Positions 59,001 through 64,000 of a stretch of 64,000 nt of DNA are shown here, piece after piece. The DNA lies in contig JBGAHS010000006.1 in assembly GCA_044226015.1 (NCBI GenBank), positions 1 through 64,000 of the forward strand. The letters are read 5' to 3'. The DNA is from Candidatus Obscuribacteraceae bacterium. GTDB lineage: Bacteria > Cyanobacteriota > Vampirovibrionia > Obscuribacterales > Obscuribacteraceae. Position 1 is the first letter of the stretch. Each line of letters starts with the position of its first letter. Position numbers and translations under genes: made by a program. The notes beneath the pieces were generated by a model. It searched no databases. It was not told the DNA's origin and saw only the letters and a list, made by a program, of their open reading frames with translations.

Positions 59001-62000
59001 GTGGAGCGGGTGGAAACATTACTTTGAGTAGCACAAAGGGCACAATTTCTTCCACCGGACTCGGCTCTTTCGCATTTGCGAGCTTCGGTGGAAGCAGCTT
59101 AAACGGTGGTGATGGAGGCGTCGGAGGAACTGCCAGTCAGGGAACTAATTTCAGTGGTGGCAAAGGTGGTAGTGGCGGCACTGGCGGAGCGGCTGGAGAT
59201 GGCGGGAAGGTGAGTATTTCCGCTAACAGTTTTTCAGCAACAGTATTTGTAAACAAACTTGGATTTCCTCTGGCTGTAGGCGCTGATGGAGGAGATGCTG
59301 GCTCAGGTGGAGCAGCTTCTGGAGCCCTTACGAGCAACGGTGGTGCTTCAGGCAATGCTGGTGACGCCGGAAGCGGTGGGAAAGGCATGAGTTTGAGTTT
59401 TGCAATAAACAATGCCTTGACTTTCGGAACTGGCAGCATAATCAATCTCAATGCTGGCAACGGCGGAGATGGTGGTTTGGGAGCGCCTGGTCAAGTTTCT
59501 GCGGCTAACGGTAATGGAGGCAATGGTGGCAAAGGTGGTGCTGGTAGTTCTGGTGGTGATGCTCAGCCTTTGAGCTTGACTGTGAGTACTTCAATTGTTG
59601 ACTTCAACAATGCAATCATTCAACTCGGTGGTGGCAATGGAGGCTCGGCTGGTCTCGGTGGAACTGGTGGCTTATCGAACACAGGTGTAGGCGGCATCGG
59701 AGGCAACGCAGGTCTTGCGGGTGCTGGTGGCAAGGGCGCTAGCATCACGCTTACAGCAGCGTCGTTCTCTGCTCTCAGCAGTGCTTTGCTCAGCACTGTT
59801 GGCGGCAATGGTGGTGCTGGTGCAAGTGGTGGACAAGGAGGTAATTCTCTTTCTGTAGCAGCTGTTTCTGGCAGCTCTAGTGCTGGTGGTGCCGGTGGTG
59901 CTGGTGGTTCTATTATTTTGACAGCAACAAATGCTTCTACAATCCCATCTTTGTCGAGCGCCGGTGGAAGCGGCTCAATTGGTGGCGTAGGAGCCGACGG
60001 AGCTAGCGTTTCTGCTTCGGCGGGGTCTGCTGGTGGCGCTGGTGGAGCTGGAGGTGCAGGCGCAGCCGCTGGAAGCATCAGTGTTGAATCGAAAACAAGC
60101 TCACTTAGTCTGGTTGGCAATCTGAGCGCTCAAGGAGGAACTAATGGTGCTGGTGGCAATGGCGGCACTGGCGGTAGTGGCGCTTCCGGAGGAAATGGTG
60201 GTAACGGAGGTGTTGCTGGGGCTCCTGGTGCTGGAGGGTCCATAACAATCAAAGCCAACAATAATGTGACCTTTAGCTCTACGCTCACTGTCAGCGCTAG
60301 TGCCAATGCTGGTGGTAACGGACTTGCAATTGTAGCCGGTGCCGGTAATGGTGGAGCCGGTGGCATTGGTGCGACAACTACTGGCGGCTCAGGTGGCTCG
60401 GGCGGAACTTCAGCTGCCGGTGCTACTGGTGGCAACATAAGCATAAGCTCGACTTCTGGAAGCATCGTATTCAACGCTCAAAACGTAAATATCGCTTCAA
60501 ATGGTTCGAGCGCAGCGAATGCCGGTAACGGAGGAGCAGGAGCTGTAGGTGCTAGCGTCAGCGGCTCGGGCGGAGATGGTGGAGTGACAGCCAAAGGCGG
60601 TACCGGTGGAAACATTACACTAAGCGCTCTCAAAGGAAACATTACTAGCCCTGGTTTTGGTATCTTCTTCAATAACTTTGGTGGAATTGGAGCCAATGGC
60701 GGTGCTGGTGGCAACGGGTCCTCGGGTAACGTTGGCGGCTCTGGTGGACTCGGCTTTGTCGGTGGTGCGGGTGGAGATGGTGGCACTTTGAGTCTGAACG
60801 CCCTGACAATAAATGGTGGCATAAATCTCAATCAGACTAATTTTCCATCCTTTGGACTTGGAGGAAACGGCGGTAATGGAGGCAATGGAGGAAATACTTC
60901 TGCAGGTTCTCCAGACACCGGTGGATTTGCAAGTGCAGGAGGTGATGGTGGTGCAGGTGGCAAGGGCGTAATCATTTCTCTGAATGCCAGCAATGGAATC
61001 AACATCAATTCCTCTAGCGTAATCAGAAATCTATCTGGAAATGGTGGCACGGGTGGTGCTGGTGGAATAGGTGGTACTGGATCTGCTTCTGGTGGAAACG
61101 CTGGAAGTGGTGGCTCTGGTGGTGCGGGTGGTGCATCAAGAGGGCTCACTCTAAATTCCAACGGAGCTATCAACTTTAACAACAGTACTTTGATTCTTGC
61201 CGCAGGTAATGGTGGTAATGGCGGTTCTGGTGGAGTAGGTGCCGGAGGCAATTTGAATTCATCGGGAGTTGCAGGAGGGGGAGGTAACGGTGGTAATGGC
61301 GGTGCCAGTGCTGCAGTGACAATAAGTTCAAAGTCTTCCCTGAGCTTCTTACCTACAGCCAGCCTCATTAATTCTGGAGGCAATGGTGGAAATGGTGGAA
61401 ATGGTGGTGCGACTGGCGTTTCTGCAATAGCCTTATCCGCCGGTGTTGGTGGGAGTGCTGGAGCCGGTGGAGATGGTGCTTTAATCACCTTGTCTGGAAG
61501 CTCTGTGGTTCTCGGGGCTGTTTCGAACTTTGGGGGAAATGGTGGTAACGGTGCGACTGGAGGAGTTTCTGGTCTCAGCACAGTTTCTACAGGTCAAACT
61601 GGAGGAGCCGGCGGAAACGGTGGAAATGGAGGAATCGGAGGCGCTGTCAAAGTTACATCAACTGGTGCCCTATCTCTAGCAGGTTCCTTGCTAGCTGAAG
61701 GCGGCGTGGCTGGCAGTGGTGGCGCAGGTGGTGCCGGTGGAGCAAGCTCTAGCAACGGTGGTGGAGCGGGCGGCAAAGGAGGAGGCGGTGGAGCTTCCGG
61801 TAAAGGTGCAGATCTAACTTTGAGTGCAGCCGGTGATGTGAATTTGCTGACACAGCTTGCACTTTCTTCAAGTGCTAGCCGTGGTTCTCTGAACAATGGA
61901 GCAGGCACTGCCGGCTCGGGAGGAGTTGCCGGTGCTGGTGGTAATGCTGGTGGAACTGCCTCGTTCGGAGGTTCTGGCGGTGCGGGTGGTAACGCAGGCG

Positions 62001-64000
62001 CTGGCGCAGATTCTGGCAAATTTAGCCTCACTAGCAGCAAAGGTAATATCATTCTGCAAGGTGATGTAACCATATATGCAGGTGGCTCGAACGCAGGCTC
62101 GTCCGGAGCCGGCGGAGCAGGAGGCGCGAGTGCTAGCGGCAATGGTGGTAATGGTGGTAACGGTGGCTCTACTGCTGTTAGCGCTGGTTTAGGAGGAAAC
62201 ATTACGATAAGCTCGAGCACGGCTACTCTGCTGAGTTCTGGCGGCGGACTTGCATTCTTCAATTTTGGCGGAAGTGGCGCAAATGGTGGAAACGGTGGTG
62301 CGGGCGCTGCAGCAGGCTTGAATGCAGGGTCTAATGGTGGCAATGGTGGTGCAGGTGCATCGGGCGGCAATGCTTCTGCTGGCGGCACTGTTTCAATTAC
62401 CGTACCGACAACAAATGCTTGGCTGAGCATGAATCCCACTGCTGTTAACTTCGGACGCGGTGGAACTGGTGGTAATGGAGGCACCGCGGGCGATGCCAAT
62501 GGAGGAGCTACCGGCAATGGTGGCACTGGAGGAAGTGGCGGAAATGCAGGTTTGAGCGCTGCCGGAACATCGGTAAGTCTCATTGCCTCAAAGGGTATAA
62601 CGCTGTCTGGTGCATCCATTATTCGTGTTACGGGCGTCTCAGCTGGAGTTTCTGGCGGAAATGGTGGCGCCGGTGGCGTAGGCACCCCTGCTGGTGGCGA
62701 CGGAGGTTCAGGAGGTTCCGGTGGTTCAGGTTCTGGTGTGGCGAGCGGCTCTCAGAACATCACGCTTAGTTCTAGTTCTGGATCTATAAATCTGAATGAT
62801 GCGAGCTTGATCAATTTTGCTCCTAATGCTGGAAATGGCGGAAACGGTGGAACAGGCAGAAGCACGTTGAACGGTTCTGGCGGTGCAGGTGGAAATGGCG
62901 GAGCCGGTGCTAATGCCAACTCAACTAGCTACGGCTCAATAAGTATCACTGCTGGCAAAGACATAACGATGTATAGCAACGCTTCATTGTTTGCCGGAGG
63001 CGGCAACGGCGGTGCGGGCGGAAATGGCGCAAATTCTGGTAATGACGCGGGACTTTCTCCTGGTTCGGTGGGCGTGGCAGGAGGACAGGGCGGCGCGGGC
63101 GGCAATGGCGGAGTCTCGGGCACCGTGTCTATCATTTCGACAGGCGGCTCGATCAACATGAATTTGGATCAGTCTTCTAGCGGAGCTGGTTCGATTCAAG
63201 TTTCAGGCGGTAACGGAGGCGCAAATGGTTCCTCAGGGTCTGGGGGGTCAGGTACAGTTTTGGGTGGCGACGGTGGAAATACACTTTCGTCCGGGAATGG
63301 TGCCGCGCCCTTTAGCAGCGCTACGATCAACACGATAACCCTTAAGGCAAGTAAAACTATTACACTTGGGTCCATAACATCGGCGGGCGGTAACGGCGGC
63401 TCTGCACAAGCTTCAGTGGGCGTAGGTGGCAACGTTGGAATAGCCTCTGGTGTTGGCGGGCACGGTGGAAATGCTGGCTTAGCCGGCGCTGGAGGCGCCG
63501 GGGGAAAACTCTCCATAATTGCAAGTGGTGATATCTTTCCGGCTGCAAACTCCCCTACTATTAACGTTGGCGGCGGAACAGGCGGACTTCAAGGAAGCGG
63601 CGCTAATGGCGGTTTTGGTGGTGGTGGAGTCAGCGGGACTGGGACTGGTGGAGATGGTGGCGATGCTGGTTTGGGACAAGATGGCGGACAGGGTGGTTCG
63701 ATAACAATACAGTCCGGTGGCAAGCTTGGAACCAGCAGTGCTTACTTCCTCAACTTAATTGCCAATGGTGGTAACGGAAATCCAGGTGCGATAAGTGTAA
63801 CTGGAGGCAACGGAAAAGATGGCGGACTGATAGCTGGCGCGGGCGGTTCGCTTTTCAGCAATCTGAAGAATGTGACAGGGCAAGGTGGTGCCGGCGGCAC
63901 AATCATTGTGACTGGCAAGGAGATCTCGCGAGTTAATATTTCAGCTATAGGCGGAGATGGCGGCTCGGTCAACGCCGCTGGGGGCAACGGTGGTGCTCAG
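56096..64000 (+). CDS. Second giant glycine-rich protein, paralog of 40468-55665 (>2600 aa, runs off the window)
   Basis: AGAGGA SD; MQMKSVWAVMACVGLAYSQVIAARAQQ nearly identical to the first N-terminus; absent from the ORF track, consistent with no stop in the window; the Pro-rich antisense shadow ORFs stay in one frame to the end. Confidence 0.88.
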   Translation, partial: MQMKSVWAVMACVGLAYSQVIAARAQQATPASDLNLGSTAKSVTAPANIPSVSIKVGGHNQVVTPGMSLTPAEAMALSQVISSGKQSLVIGANGNAVSGNLILQPTTSLTALTVPLGVSVVRDFAGSPSMNVLGNIVNSGSIFAVSTAPTVTNALISAANITNNPGALISSVLPAGGIPGFSGALNNLSLTLFANNSIVNHGSIASAGNLNLIAGGSIVNSSVGKTEAVMSALGSINLASSHIQNSGIINAIANVNIYQNATLSSQLANIVSDQIRSGLISSLGNLTVNNSLGSINAVSGNINVLTPGLLGETTELIGGAWNSKELNINAGCSNLIMAVDRATGTVNSVAGSGSVGAINGIHLGSTEFSGDPTFWTSSGNMTISSDQFFDEAITFLSAGDIIIDTSGGAVSISSRNAGTKGFDITMVAGAALSGGSAPVFPTPINLGDTVSLTGAGSGGSIKSTGANNAVIDSSSINGNGGSIFLGAYKTSTAGTGNIDLTKVSLNTGSGDAVAGNVTIVAPTVTTGTIQSVGVIGSPSIKITTANPSGTISASSTGAVTGSLSAGTVDSAGTIILTGTIDSVAGNVVLAAGSTGTNVDMSSGAGKIFVDGSATNLSGGFVSISGGNLQIGSISASGGQIPGTSNSAVQGGKGGTVTITASGSVSVSGLSQSFNVSGGAGSTGNQGVDGGKGGDGGTVTIKASTLNFSNMLISADGNDGGQGGSGIDGTLGAPGGAAGKGGDSGKGGTISITTTGAMTIGLLAASGSDGGDGGVGGSGSPVLGGAGAIGGSGGAGGAGGPSGTIILNGAGITLSNFVGADGGLGGLGGAGGAGGDGDTGGNAGAGGVGGNGGTSTGLTITSSVDINFPNTTTLSAGGGSGAAGGKGGDGGFAIIGAGGAGGLGAASGTGAGGGNITISASTNIVSSNTLTINASGGNSSSGGDGGTGRAGGSSTGNGGAGGNAGNSSAGGAGGNITLSSTKGTISSTGLGSFAFASFGGSSLNGGDGGVGGTASQGTNFSGGKGGSGGTGGAAGDGGKVSISANSFSATVFVNKLGFPLAVGADGGDAGSGGAASGALTSNGGASGNAGDAGSGGKGMSLSFAINNALTFGTGSIINLNAGNGGDGGLGAPGQVSAANGNGGNGGKGGAGSSGGDAQPLSLTVSTSIVDFNNAIIQLGGGNGGSAGLGGTGGLSNTGVGGIGGNAGLAGAGGKGASITLTAASFSALSSALLSTVGGNGGAGASGGQGGNSLSVAAVSGSSSAGGAGGAGGSIILTATNASTIPSLSSAGGSGSIGGVGADGASVSASAGSAGGAGGAGGAGAAAGSISVESKTSSLSLVGNLSAQGGTNGAGGNGGTGGSGASGGNGGNGGVAGAPGAGGSITIKANNNVTFSSTLTVSASANAGGNGLAIVAGAGNGGAGGIGATTTGGSGGSGGTSAAGATGGNISISSTSGSIVFNAQNVNIASNGSSAANAGNGGAGAVGASVSGSGGDGGVTAKGGTGGNITLSALKGNITSPGFGIFFNNFGGIGANGGAGGNGSSGNVGGSGGLGFVGGAGGDGGTLSLNALTINGGINLNQTNFPSFGLGGNGGNGGNGGNTSAGSPDTGGFASAGGDGGAGGKGVIISLNASNGININSSSVIRNLSGNGGTGGAGGIGGTGSASGGNAGSGGSGGAGGASRGLTLNSNGAINFNNSTLILAAGNGGNGGSGGVGAGGNLNSSGVAGGGGNGGNGGASAAVTISSKSSLSFLPTASLINSGGNGGNGGNGGATGVSAIALSAGVGGSAGAGGDGALITLSGSSVVLGAVSNFGGNGGNGATGGVSGLSTVSTGQTGGAGGNGGNGGIGGAVKVTSTGALSLAGSLLAEGGVAGSGGAGGAGGASSSNGGGAGGKGGGGGASGKGADLTLSAAGDVNLLTQLALSSSASRGSLNNGAGTAGSGGVAGAGGNAGGTASFGGSGGAGGNAGAGADSGKFSLTSSKGNIILQGDVTIYAGGSNAGSSGAGGAGGASASGNGGNGGNGGSTAVSAGLGGNITISSSTATLLSSGGGLAFFNFGGSGANGGNGGAGAAAGLNAGSNGGNGGAGASGGNASAGGTVSITVPTTNAWLSMNPTAVNFGRGGTGGNGGTAGDANGGATGNGGTGGSGGNAGLSAAGTSVSLIASKGITLSGASIIRVTGVSAGVSGGNGGAGGVGTPAGGDGGSGGSGGSGSGVASGSQNITLSSSSGSINLNDASLINFAPNAGNGGNGGTGRSTLNGSGGAGGNGGAGANANSTSYGSISITAGKDITMYSNASLFAGGGNGGAGGNGANSGNDAGLSPGSVGVAGGQGGAGGNGGVSGTVSIISTGGSINMNLDQSSSGAGSIQVSGGNGGANGSSGSGGSGTVLGGDGGNTLSSGNGAAPFSSATINTITLKASKTITLGSITSAGGNGGSAQASVGVGGNVGIASGVGGHGGNAGLAGAGGAGGKLSIIASGDIFPAANSPTINVGGGTGGLQGSGANGGFGGGGVSGTGTGGDGGDAGLGQDGGQGGSITIQSGGKLGTSSAYFLNLIANGGNGNPGAISVTGGNGKDGGLIAGAGGSLFSNLKNVTGQGGAGGTIIVTGKEISRVNISAIGGDGGSVNAAGGNGGAQ

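Noticed and set aside
40893..63987. Many Pro-rich minus-strand ORFs
   Set aside because: Reverse complements of the Gly/Ala codons of the two giant genes, nearly all in one shadow frame per gene
40468..64000. PE_PGRS, RTX or autotransporter assignment
   Set aside because: No PE domain, no regular GGxGxD nonapeptides, no C-terminal beta-barrel; a Sec-type signal peptide is present

Overview
Bacterial DNA with two divergent halves. Left (1-38.8 kb): about 50 genes, all on the minus strand, with strong SD sites and GC-rich codons. They include four envelope/membrane proteases (S41, HtpX/M48, RseP/M50, FtsH), two tandem SPFH proteins, a J-domain protein, a lipid remodelling and fatty-acid set (SDR, alpha/beta hydrolase, acyl-CoA ligase, enoyl-CoA hydratase, two acyltransferases, patatin, acyl-CoA dehydrogenase, hotdog thioesterase) and many small, often duplicated membrane proteins separated by hairpins. 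Middle (38.8-40.4 kb): AT-rich non-coding DNA at the strand switch, with a 13-unit, 34-36 bp, GATC-dense tandem repeat and a perfect 18-bp palindrome (candidate replication origin). Right (40.5-64 kb): two tandem paralogous giant secreted Gly-rich proteins on the plus strand (5065 aa, and >2600 aa running off the window). From recall only, their style resembles Candidatus Obscuribacterales/Melainabacteria proteins. No rRNA, tRNA, CRISPR, integrase, transposase or phage structural gene was recognised. All calls were made by eye, without database searches.
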